46,742 nt of DNA. Source: Candidatus Iainarchaeum sp. (GTDB lineage Archaea; Iainarchaeota; Iainarchaeia; Iainarchaeales; DTGL01). Location: NCBI GenBank assembly GCA_038886995.1, contig JAWALG010000002.1:1-46742 (forward strand), written 5' to 3'. The position numbers were made by a program, and so were the translations under genes. Below the pieces are notes generated by a model that was not told where the DNA came from, did no database searches, and saw only the letters and a list, made by a program, of their open reading frames with translations. Below are positions 26,228 through 34,483 of this stretch, one piece after another (position 1 is the stretch's first letter; every line of letters begins with the position of its first letter).

Positions 26228-28909
26228 TCATTTTTTTCTATTTTTTCGGCTCGTAGGATGTTTTATTGCTGCTTGTGCTGCTGCAATCCTCGCTATTGGT
26301 ACTCTAAAAGGTGAGCAGCTTACATAGTCAAGCCCTATGGTGTGGCAAAACTCAATTGATGGAGGATTTCCGCCGTGTTCGCCACAGATACCAAGCTCAA
26401 TTTTTTCATTTGCTTTCTTGGCTTTTTCTACAGCCATTTTCATAAGCCCGCCAACACCTTCAGTGTCTAGCTTTGCAAACGGGTTTTCTGTAAGAATCCC
26501 TTTTGCTATGTATTGTGGCAAGAACTTTGGCTCAGCATCATCCCTCGAGAAGCCAAATGTTGTCTGCGTAAGGTCATTTGTTCCAAAGGAGAAGAATTCA
26601 GCATGCTTTGCTATCCTGTCTGCCACTACACAAGCACGAGGCAACTCAATCATTGTACCCACTTTATAGCTAATCTTAATGCCTTCTTTTTCTATGACCT
26701 CTTCTGCTTTCTTTCTTACTAAATTAGCCATTATTTCAATTTCTTTCTCTATGCCTACAAGCGGGATCATTATCTGCAACTTTACTTTGTAACCTTCTCT
26801 TGTTGCCTTCGCTGCTGCCTCAAATATTGCTTGCACTTGCATCTCGTAAACTTCAGGCATTGTGATTCCAAGGCGTACGCCTCTGTGGCCGAGCATAGGA
26901 TTTGCTTCAGACAGCGCCCTCGCTTTCTCAAGTAAAAGGGCCTTTTCCTTTATCTCTGAGAGTGAAATGTTCTTCTTGCATTGCTCACATTCAAGCAGCC
27001 TTATGTCTTTTAGCAAAGCGTCTTTGCTAGGCAAGAACTCATGCAATGGCGGATCAAGAAGGCGTATGGTTACAGGCAGGTTATTCATTATTTTGAACAT
27101 CTCATAAAAGTCCTGCCTTTGCATTGGCAAGAGCTTTTCTAATGCTTTTTTTCTCTCTTCTGCGTTCATTGCAAGTATCATCTCTTGCACTACTGGAACC
27201 CTTTCCTTTGCCATGAACATATGCTCGGTTCTGCAAAGGCCTATTCCTTCTGCGCCAAATTCCCGCGCTTTTGCAGAATCTGTTGGGTTATCAGCATTAG
27301 TTTTAACTCCAAGGACCCTTATAGAGTCAGCCCAAGAGAGAAGCGTTTTTAGTTCACCACTTATCTTTGGCTCAATTGTTGGTGCTTCGCCAAGTATTAC
27401 ATTGCCAGTGTTTCCATCTATTGTAAGGATGTCAAATTCCTTTATGACTAGTGCACCAATTCTTGCTTGTTTGTTTTCAAGGTCAATCTGCAAGGCCTCA
27501 CAACCAGCCACACAGGGCTTACCCATGCCGCGGGCAACAACAGCAGCATGGCTTGTCATGCCGCCTCTTGATGTTAGCACGCCTTTTGCCGCTATTACCC
27601 CATGTATATCTTCTGGAGTTGTTTCAGGTCTTACCAAAAGCACTTTCTCATTGTTTTTACCCATTGCTTCGGCAACGTCAGCATCAAAAACAACCTTTCC
27701 GGATGCCGCACCAGGGCTAGCTGGCAAACCTTTCGCAACAATGTTTAGCTTTGCTTCAGGGTCTATTTGCCTATGCAGAAGCTGGTCAATCTGCTCAGGT
27801 TTTATCCTCATTATTGCCTCTTCTTTGCTTATTAGCCCTTCCTTAACCATATCCACAACGATTTTAACTGCAGCCATCGCAGTTCTTTTTCCCTCTCTTG
27901 TTTGCAATATGTAAAGCTTTCCATCTTCAATTGTAAATTCAACATCTTGCACATCTCGGTAATGTGCCTCCAACTTTTTTACAATCTTCTCTATCTGCTT
28001 GTATGCTTTTGGCATATCCTTTGCAAGATGCTTGATATCATTCGGAGTTCTAATCCCCGCAACAACATCTTCGCCTTGGGCTGCTATTAAGTATTCGCCA
28101 TAAAGGCCTTTTGCACCTGTTGAGGGATTCCTTGTGAAAAGCACACCAGTTGCCGAGTTATTGTTTTTGTTGCCATAAACCATCATCTGTACGTTTACTG
28201 CTGTGCCCATATCATCAGGTATGCCCTCAAGCTTTCTATATGTTATTGCCCTTTTGCTGTTCCAAGAGCTAAAAACTGCATTTATTGATTCAAAGAGCTG
28301 CAAATAAACATCTTGGGGAAATTCTTCCTTGGTTTCTTGAGCATATATTTTCTTAAATTTCTCGACAACTTTCTTCATATCGTTTGCATTAAGCTCTGAG
28401 TCATATCTGATGTTGCGTTCTTTTTTCATATGCTCCAAAACAGAGTCAAACTTTCTTGGCTCAATGCCTTTTACTGTCTCGCCAAACATTTGGATAAGCC
28501 GCCTATATAAATCATAAACAAAGCGTTCGTTTTTTGTCTCTTTTATCATCTGTTCTGCGACAGCATCATTCATTCCTAAGTTGAGGATAGTATCCATCAT
28601 GCCTGGCATCGAAACAGGTGCACCGCTTCGCACAGAAACCAAAAGCGCAGGAGAGCCACCAAACTTCCTTTTTGTTTTTCTCTCAAGTTTTTTTATTGCA
28701 TCTAACACTTGCTCCTTCATGCCTTTTGGATACTGGCAGTTATTCCTTAGAAAATGGATACAAGCTTTTGTGGATATTATAAAGCCCGGTGGCACAGGCA
28801 ACCCAAGCTTTGTCATCTCTGCAAGATTTGCACCTTTGCCACCAAGTAGCAATTTTTTATCCTTGGAACCCTCTGAAAAAGCATAAACATATTTCTCAAC
28901 CATCAACAA
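26228..28909 (-). CDS. ppdK: Pyruvate, phosphate dikinase
   Basis: LLGGKGANLAEM, the phospho-His swivel GGMTSHAAVVARGMGKPCV and the C-terminal PEP/pyruvate domain GICGEHGG. 893 aa. Confidence 0.92.
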   Translation of the reverse strand: MLMVEKYVYAFSEGSKDKKLLLGGKGANLAEMTKLGLPVPPGFIISTKACIHFLRNNCQYPKGMKEQVLDAIKKLERKTKRKFGGSPALLVSVRSGAPVSMPGMMDTILNLGMNDAVAEQMIKETKNERFVYDLYRRLIQMFGETVKGIEPRKFDSVLEHMKKERNIRYDSELNANDMKKVVEKFKKIYAQETKEEFPQDVYLQLFESINAVFSSWNSKRAITYRKLEGIPDDMGTAVNVQMMVYGNKNNNSATGVLFTRNPSTGAKGLYGEYLIAAQGEDVVAGIRTPNDIKHLAKDMPKAYKQIEKIVKKLEAHYRDVQDVEFTIEDGKLYILQTREGKRTAMAAVKIVVDMVKEGLISKEEAIMRIKPEQIDQLLHRQIDPEAKLNIVAKGLPASPGAASGKVVFDADVAEAMGKNNEKVLLVRPETTPEDIHGVIAAKGVLTSRGGMTSHAAVVARGMGKPCVAGCEALQIDLENKQARIGALVIKEFDILTIDGNTGNVILGEAPTIEPKISGELKTLLSWADSIRVLGVKTNADNPTDSAKAREFGAEGIGLCRTEHMFMAKERVPVVQEMILAMNAEERKKALEKLLPMQRQDFYEMFKIMNNLPVTIRLLDPPLHEFLPSKDALLKDIRLLECEQCKKNISLSEIKEKALLLEKARALSEANPMLGHRGVRLGITMPEVYEMQVQAIFEAAAKATREGYKVKLQIMIPLVGIEKEIEIMANLVRKKAEEVIEKEGIKISYKVGTMIELPRACVVADRIAKHAEFFSFGTNDLTQTTFGFSRDDAEPKFLPQYIAKGILTENPFAKLDTEGVGGLMKMAVEKAKKANEKIELGICGEHGGNPPSIEFCHTIGLDYVSCSPFRVPIARIAAAQAAIKHPTSRKNRKK

Positions 28910-28936
28910 ACCCCCTTAATTTGTATACCCTTTGTT

Positions 28937-29719
28937 TTATGGCAAATATTTAAGACCTATTTTATGAAGCCAGAATGAAATCCTGTCAATAATTACATTG
29001 CTTTTGTGTCTCTTGTCTTCACCTAAAATCCTTGAAGCTATGTTCATGAAGTCAGCGCTTGCTCTAGCATTAGGTCTCATGTGCACAACAGGTTGATTGT
29101 ACGCAAAGGCCTCATGCACTGCATCATCTTCGATTACGCTGCCAATCACAGGTGCTTCAGCAATGCTGCCAACTTCTTCAACAGGAAGTTGTGGCAAGCC
29201 ATAATTTACCTTGTTTACAATTACTCCTAAAACCTTCTTGTTAAAAGCCCTAGCAAGCCTGACAGCCCTCAACGCATCTATTGTTGCTGGCAGCTCCGGG
29301 TTTGTAACTACAATAACATAGTCGCTTGCATCAATTGCAAGCTGCGCTTCTTCATCTAAGCCTGCGCCAGCATCTAAGAAAATAATATCATGTTTCTTCT
29401 TTAGAGTGTTCAATAGGCCAAAAGCCCTTTTATAGTCGCTTTTAAGGTCTGCAATCCCCAAGCTGCATGTTAAAAGCTTTATTCCTGAGTCATGCGTCAG
29501 GATCGCACCATCGAGCTCAATATCGCCTTTCAGAACATTGTTTATTGTCCTGTCTGCTGGCAGATAGCCCAAATAAAGAGCCCCAGTTGGGCTACTAACA
29601 TTCCCATCAAAAACAAGCGTGTTGTAGCCCTTTTTATTGAAAGCAGAAGCAAGGTTTAGGGCAACAGTTGTTTTGCCTACACCACCTTTGCCAGAAATTA
29701 TAGATATGATTTCCCCCAT
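28937..29719 (-). CDS. MinD/ParA-family P-loop ATPase (archaeal MinD-like)
   Basis: Deviant Walker A SGKGGVGKTT and Walker B IIFLDAGAG. Confidence 0.8.
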   Translation of the reverse strand: MGEIISIISGKGGVGKTTVALNLASAFNKKGYNTLVFDGNVSSPTGALYLGYLPADRTINNVLKGDIELDGAILTHDSGIKLLTCSLGIADLKSDYKRAFGLLNTLKKKHDIIFLDAGAGLDEEAQLAIDASDYVIVVTNPELPATIDALRAVRLARAFNKKVLGVIVNKVNYGLPQLPVEEVGSIAEAPVIGSVIEDDAVHEAFAYNQPVVHMRPNARASADFMNIASRILGEDKRHKSNVIIDRISFWLHKIGLKYLP

Positions 29720-29802
29720 GCTATCACCAGCTACTATAATTATGTGTTGTTTGCTTTTTATTCCTTTTGATTACAGCTTGTGAGAACACCAATCATGGGA
29801 AC

Positions 29803-29814
29803 TTTTTTTATATC
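29803..29814 (+). promoter_or_regulatory. Candidate TATA box (TTTTTTTATATC) for the surface-protein gene
   Basis: The only strong TATA-like element in the 136-nt divergent spacer. It is about 47 nt before ATG 29856. Position-based guess only. Confidence 0.3.
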
Positions 29815-29855
29815 AGTTTACAATTAAATTATGTGTTTTAATCCAATGTAAAAAA

Positions 29856-30002
29856 ATGGCAGGTGGATTTTATGAGGGTAGAATTAATTGTTTTGTTTTT
29901 TTAATAATTATCTCGGTATCAGCCATCTCTGCATTCTTTCTTATCCCTGAGCTAAGAGAAATTATACTTCCAAAACCAATGAGCGTTGAAGAAGAATACT
30001 AA
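29856..30002 (+). CDS. Small ORF (48 aa) encoding a signal-anchor/TM segment; probably the N-terminal piece of the downstream gene
   Basis: MAGGFYEGR-INCFVFLIIISVSAISAFFLIP-ELREIILPKPMSVEEEY, found by hand (below the ORF-track size cutoff). It is in the same frame as ORF 30054 and separated from it only by TAA 30000-30002. Confidence 0.5.
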   Translation: MAGGFYEGRINCFVFLIIISVSAISAFFLIPELREIILPKPMSVEEEY

Positions 30003-30053
30003 GCGCTTTCACAAAAAGGTCTTGATGCGCCGCCCTACAAAGCAGATTATATA

Positions 30054-30767
30054 ATGTCTCTTTCAATGCAAAATATCCTCGGTAGTTTAGGATATGGCTC
30101 TGGTATTGGCCTTAATTATAGTTTTTATATAACACAAACTCACCTCTCAAGATCACAAAATAAAACCAGTTTGATTGTGAGTATTCTCGGTGCCGAAACT
30201 GAAGCTGAAGTTTATCTGATAAACGGCAAATCAATCGCCTGCCAAAAGACAAACTATGCATCAATTAATGGAACATACAGCCCAACAAAAGAAAGCACAT
30301 GGGAATGTCAAATTGGCAAGGAAGATTATTACTCAGCATTCGACCCATCGAAGATGACTCAAAGCACAGATTTGACCAAAAAGACAGATTATAATATCTC
30401 ATTCATCAATGAGAAAAAAATAGCTGAAAGGAATACAAGATGCTACGCAATTTCTTACAGTGGCAAGGATATAAATGTCCCGCTGCTTAGCAGTAGCGCA
30501 TATTTAGCAGCAGCAAATAGCAGCAACTCATTAACACAGGAACAGCCAAAGTTTCCTAGTGGTTTTTCTTTACTTTCAGATGTCAACTATGAGAAGGAGT
30601 CAATTTATGAGGAAATAAAGTTTAACGCCGAGGTTTGCCTCGACAAAGAGCACGGGATTTTAGCTTTAATGGATTCCAACTTTTCTATAAAGATGAAGGG
30701 TCTAAAAAAGCCGATGGAGATGTCATTAAAGTTTGAACTGAAAAAAAATAGAGTTTGGCAAAGTTAA
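30054..30767 (+). CDS. Extracellular-looking hypothetical protein segment (frame open from 30003)
   Basis: Ser/Thr/Asn-rich with many N-x-S/T sequons (NYS, NKT, NGT, NIS, NSS, NFS). No SD and no signal peptide of its own. Confidence 0.55.
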   Translation: MSLSMQNILGSLGYGSGIGLNYSFYITQTHLSRSQNKTSLIVSILGAETEAEVYLINGKSIACQKTNYASINGTYSPTKESTWECQIGKEDYYSAFDPSKMTQSTDLTKKTDYNISFINEKKIAERNTRCYAISYSGKDINVPLLSSSAYLAAANSSNSLTQEQPKFPSGFSLLSDVNYEKESIYEEIKFNAEVCLDKEHGILALMDSNFSIKMKGLKKPMEMSLKFELKKNRVWQS

Positions 30768-30777
30768 TGAGCAAGAT

Positions 30778-32124
30778 TTGAAGCCCCCAGTACCCTTTGT
30801 AATAGATGCAAACTGCAGCAAAAAACAGATCTCCATAAAGCTAACTGCTTTAGAAGACCTGAGAGGGCAGGTAAAGCTAACTCTTTTAAGATACTCAACT
30901 TGGCTGTACTATGATGACTACTCTTCGAGTGGGAATGACTCAAACATTGAACTTGAGAAGAACCTTGGCGAAATAAGCCTAAAAGCATTTGAATCCAGGG
31001 ACTTTAAGATTGTTCCAGATAAGAATTTGTCTGACGGCTCAAAAGAGGTACAGTTGTGCGTAGGCGACAAATGCCAAAAGGGCAGGAGCTACGGTTGTTA
31101 TATCTCCTCCTACACTTACACATTTACTGTATATTCTGCAAGCTGCAGCGATGAAAATGTTTCCTTTGTGCTGTATCCATACTCAGCAATGCAAGGCACT
31201 TTGAAGGCAAAACTCAAAGATGAATTTTCAGGTGAAACTTTAGTGGAAAAGGACCTAGGGTATGTTTCATTAGAATCATACAAGAAGAAAAGCTTTGAGT
31301 TTAACCCAAACACCACGCTTTCCGGCTCCGAGTACCTTGAGGTTTGCATTGATGACGAGTGTACCAAATATTATTATTGTAGCACCAGCTATTCATACAA
31401 CGAGTTTTATTCAGACAACTTGAATTGCGACAAAAACAGCATAAGTTTTAGGTTAAATAACAAATATGCTACAAAAGATTATTCTGGAGACCTAACAATA
31501 AAGGGCTATTCAGACTACTCTAGGAAAAAGATTATTTTTGACAAAAACATTGGCTTCTATAAGATAAAAGCCGGGGAAACAAAGAAAGTCTCAGCAGATG
31601 TTGAAAGCAACCTGAGCGACTATAGCACAATATACCTCGACATCTGCATAGGTAAGAACTGCGATAAAACATCATGCTATCCTTCATTTGACTACTATAC
31701 GATACCGCCATTTCCAACAGTCACACCAAAGGACGTAAACATGGAAGCGAAGGTACAAAGCTGCCTTACTGACACCACTGATTTGACGGTTAAGCAATAT
31801 TGCTTGAGCAGCATGGTAACTTACTACGGTTACGATCCCAACACTGCAAAAAATATCCTTCCATTGTGTGAAGCCCTGAAAAAATTCACCGAAGAAAATA
31901 TGGCAAAATATACCTCTACAAAAGAGTATTACTTTATCTACGAAGTGTCACGATGCTATGCTAACTATGGTTTCTATAGCGGAACTGGAGCATCAATGTG
32001 TGATAAACTATCTGATAAGGATATAAATGTGGCTTACACGGATGATGGAATAAAAATAGTTCTTACAGTGAACTGGAGAAGGGAATGTAAACAGTACTAC
32101 GCGGATTTGTTAGCAAGAAAATAA
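30778..32124 (+). CDS. Cys-patterned triple-repeat surface protein segment (frame open from 30742)
   Basis: Three ~95-110-aa repeats share NCSKKQISIKL/SCSDENVSFVL/NCDKNSISFRL, EKNLGEISL/EKDLGYVSL/DKNIGFYKI and LCVGDKCQK/VCIDDECTK/ICIGKNCDK. The only start is a TTG without an SD. Confidence 0.6.
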   Translation: MKPPVPFVIDANCSKKQISIKLTALEDLRGQVKLTLLRYSTWLYYDDYSSSGNDSNIELEKNLGEISLKAFESRDFKIVPDKNLSDGSKEVQLCVGDKCQKGRSYGCYISSYTYTFTVYSASCSDENVSFVLYPYSAMQGTLKAKLKDEFSGETLVEKDLGYVSLESYKKKSFEFNPNTTLSGSEYLEVCIDDECTKYYYCSTSYSYNEFYSDNLNCDKNSISFRLNNKYATKDYSGDLTIKGYSDYSRKKIIFDKNIGFYKIKAGETKKVSADVESNLSDYSTIYLDICIGKNCDKTSCYPSFDYYTIPPFPTVTPKDVNMEAKVQSCLTDTTDLTVKQYCLSSMVTYYGYDPNTAKNILPLCEALKKFTEENMAKYTSTKEYYFIYEVSRCYANYGFYSGTGASMCDKLSDKDINVAYTDDGIKIVLTVNWRRECKQYYADLLARK

Positions 32125-32125
32125 G

Positions 32126-33628
32126 TTAACTCAAATCAACCGCAAAGTATTTCGCAATCAATGGCTGTGCTTTTTGTAGTTCACAATACATCTGCTGAGC
32201 AACTTTTCTGTAGCTTTTATGGCCTGTTTTTCCAGACCTCAATCTTATAATATGGTAAAGCTCCCTAGCATTCATTGTAAAAAGCGTTCTCTTTCTGAAA
32301 GCAAGTGGCACGCAATATTGCGCTTCTATGGGAAATTCTTCAGAAACTGCCTTGTATAGTTCAGCCGCTCTTTCCATATTTTCACAGAACTCCTTTTTAA
32401 GGCCCATAGCATCTAATTCTTCAGGCACACAAAAACCATGCTTAGTGCTCAAAAGCTGAGTTGTTTGTGTGCATATGCGATGCCTTTGAATATCCCTATA
32501 GGCGCCATAATCCATCAATATTTCAAAGGTGTATGTTGTGTGCTCAATCTCCCTAAGCGGCTCATCTTTGTTTTGAATCCTTTTGAAAAATTCTTCAAAT
32601 ATCTTTTCTTTTTTCTCTTTGCTCAGCTTTTTGACCTTTTTGAACAAATCCTTAAAAGGAACATTTAGGTGCTTATACATGATTGCTGCTATGAGATTGT
32701 CTTCAGCATCCTTCTCATAAAACAACAGCTTAACCTCACTTCCACCAGCAACTTCTGTCGCAATAGCTGTCTTTTCTCCCCCAAAGTATTCTTTTGCAAT
32801 CTTTGAAAGCGCCATTTCAGTTTCTTCAATGTAAGGATTTCTTTCGGCAAAGCTGCCGAGCGTTGGCATAACTTTTGAAGCCTCCTCTTTCATCAATAGG
32901 CCTAGCTGCTTGGCCTCATCAAGCTGGTTTGAGAGCAATTTCTCAACAGCATGTGCCAAGGACCTTGCGTTAAATGTAGCGGCAACATTTGTCAATGTTG
33001 ACGCTGGCAGAGCATATCTTAAAACATCGCATGCTTTACCCTTAATATATGAAGCATAATATGCATCGCTCATGCCTTCTTTTTTCGGAAATTTTTCTTT
33101 AAAGTAACTTTCAGCAGAACCAAAACTCTTGGAGTAAAAATCAAATAACCCATTCATCGTTTCTTCATAGAGCTTGCTGTGCTTTGAGCCCATTATTTTT
33201 TTTGGCTTATAGTATCTGCTTTTATCAAAAACCTGGTAACGAGTGCTTTTTTCCGTATAGCTTGCAAGGCGATTGTCCTCAAGGATTTTAGTCAACAATA
33301 TGCTTATGTCCTCAATAGCAATGTTAAGCACAGCATGCTCGGCTATGCTAAAATGTCCAAAACCAACAACCCATTTTTTCTGGAATTCAGCAGCTTTTTT
33401 CTCTACTGCTTCATTCACCTTCTGACTAATTGGCTTTGAAATAACACCCTCTTCTTTAATCATTTTCAGCAAGATTTCCCTAAACCCGAGAGGAGACCTG
33501 CTTACATAAGCAAATATTGTGCTAATCACCTCTGGGGGGAGATTCCTAAAAACATAAACCTTCTTGTCAAGATTGCTTACATATGCTGAAAGCAATTCAG
33601 CATCTTCTTTGCTATAATGCATGCTCAC
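32126..33628 (-). CDS. Long (500 aa) ThyX-like protein (FAD-dependent thymidylate synthase family, duplicated/extended form)
   Basis: FGHFSIAEHAVLNI...NRLASYTEKSTRY (R-x2-S-x4-S-x-R-Y substrate motif) in the N-terminal half. YRDIQRHRICTQ and NARELYHIIRLRSGKTGH in the C-terminal part. Confidence 0.55.
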   Translation of the reverse strand: MSMHYSKEDAELLSAYVSNLDKKVYVFRNLPPEVISTIFAYVSRSPLGFREILLKMIKEEGVISKPISQKVNEAVEKKAAEFQKKWVVGFGHFSIAEHAVLNIAIEDISILLTKILEDNRLASYTEKSTRYQVFDKSRYYKPKKIMGSKHSKLYEETMNGLFDFYSKSFGSAESYFKEKFPKKEGMSDAYYASYIKGKACDVLRYALPASTLTNVAATFNARSLAHAVEKLLSNQLDEAKQLGLLMKEEASKVMPTLGSFAERNPYIEETEMALSKIAKEYFGGEKTAIATEVAGGSEVKLLFYEKDAEDNLIAAIMYKHLNVPFKDLFKKVKKLSKEKKEKIFEEFFKRIQNKDEPLREIEHTTYTFEILMDYGAYRDIQRHRICTQTTQLLSTKHGFCVPEELDAMGLKKEFCENMERAAELYKAVSEEFPIEAQYCVPLAFRKRTLFTMNARELYHIIRLRSGKTGHKSYRKVAQQMYCELQKAQPLIAKYFAVDLS

Positions 33629-33631
33629 ACC

Positions 33632-34264
33632 TTAGAAATAAATGCCTGCAATCCTTAACTCTCTTTTTAATTTATCCGGATCCTCATAAACTATTGCCTT
33701 TATTCCAACCCTTCTTGCGGCAGCAACATTTTCCTTTAAGTCATCAATGAAAATAACATCTTTTGCTTTTACCTTGATGTCTTTGAGCACCTTCAAGTAT
33801 ATTCTTTTCTCTGGCTTTGCGCATTTAAGATCGCAAGAAAAAAAGGCATAATCGAAAAGCTTCATAAAACCTCGCTCTTTGAGGTATTCAACATCGGGTT
33901 TGCTTGCGTTTGAAAGTACTGCAAGCTTATAACCTGCTTTTTTAAGTGCTTTAGCTATAGCAATAACCTCTTTCTTTTCCTTGTACGCTTTTTTGAAATA
34001 CTTTTTCCAAACAATTTTGGCTTTTGCTTTTACTCCAATTCTTTTCAAAATGCCTGATATAAGCTCCTTCTCAGTGATAAGGCCTTTCATCCATTTTTTC
34101 TCCAAGGCCTTATACGCTTTTGCTGCTTCTTCTTTTTGCTCTTCGTTAAGCTTAAATTCTTTTGAAAAGAGATCAAGGCGCTTCCGGCTAGGCCTTTCTA
34201 CAAGCACGCCGCCAATGTCAAACATAATGGCTTTAACCAAATCAAAACACCCAAAAGATCTCAA
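33632..34264 (-). CDS. HAD-superfamily hydrolase (subfamily IA)
   Basis: Motif I IMFDIGGVL, motif II VLSNAS, motif III/IV KPEKRIY...FIDDLKENV. The start may be the internal TTG at 34240. Confidence 0.75.
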   Translation of the reverse strand: MRSFGCFDLVKAIMFDIGGVLVERPSRKRLDLFSKEFKLNEEQKEEAAKAYKALEKKWMKGLITEKELISGILKRIGVKAKAKIVWKKYFKKAYKEKKEVIAIAKALKKAGYKLAVLSNASKPDVEYLKERGFMKLFDYAFFSCDLKCAKPEKRIYLKVLKDIKVKAKDVIFIDDLKENVAAARRVGIKAIVYEDPDKLKRELRIAGIYF

Positions 34265-34483
34265 CTAAAATTTCAATGCAAACTCTTTTTAAGTCACACA
34301 TTAGATCCTTGAATAATTTGATTTCAAGAATTTTCCAATATAATATTAGCAACTTTTTTTAATTGTAAAACTTTCTTAGGCCCCAATGTTTTCTTTGTTG
34401 AATTTCGCTTTTTGACGAACTTCTTATAGCCAAAAAGCGTAACCTTTTTAATTTTGTTTAAGCAATATGTGGTATGTGGTTTG

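Noticed and set aside
29872-29907. ATG at 29872 (MRVELIVLFF-stop) as the start of a micro-ORF next to a T7 run
   Set aside because: It has only 10 codons. The overlapping frame starting at ATG 29856 gives a coherent 48-aa signal anchor that is in frame with the downstream gene.
30000-30002. Stop-codon reassignment (TAA or TGA read as sense) as an explanation for the in-frame stops at 30000 and 5707
   Set aside because: TAA and TGA terminate conserved proteins at their expected C-termini in this same window. Examples are LysRS at 1207 (TAA), GAPDH at 14686 (TGA), and HMGR and thiolase (TGA). A global code change is therefore not supported.
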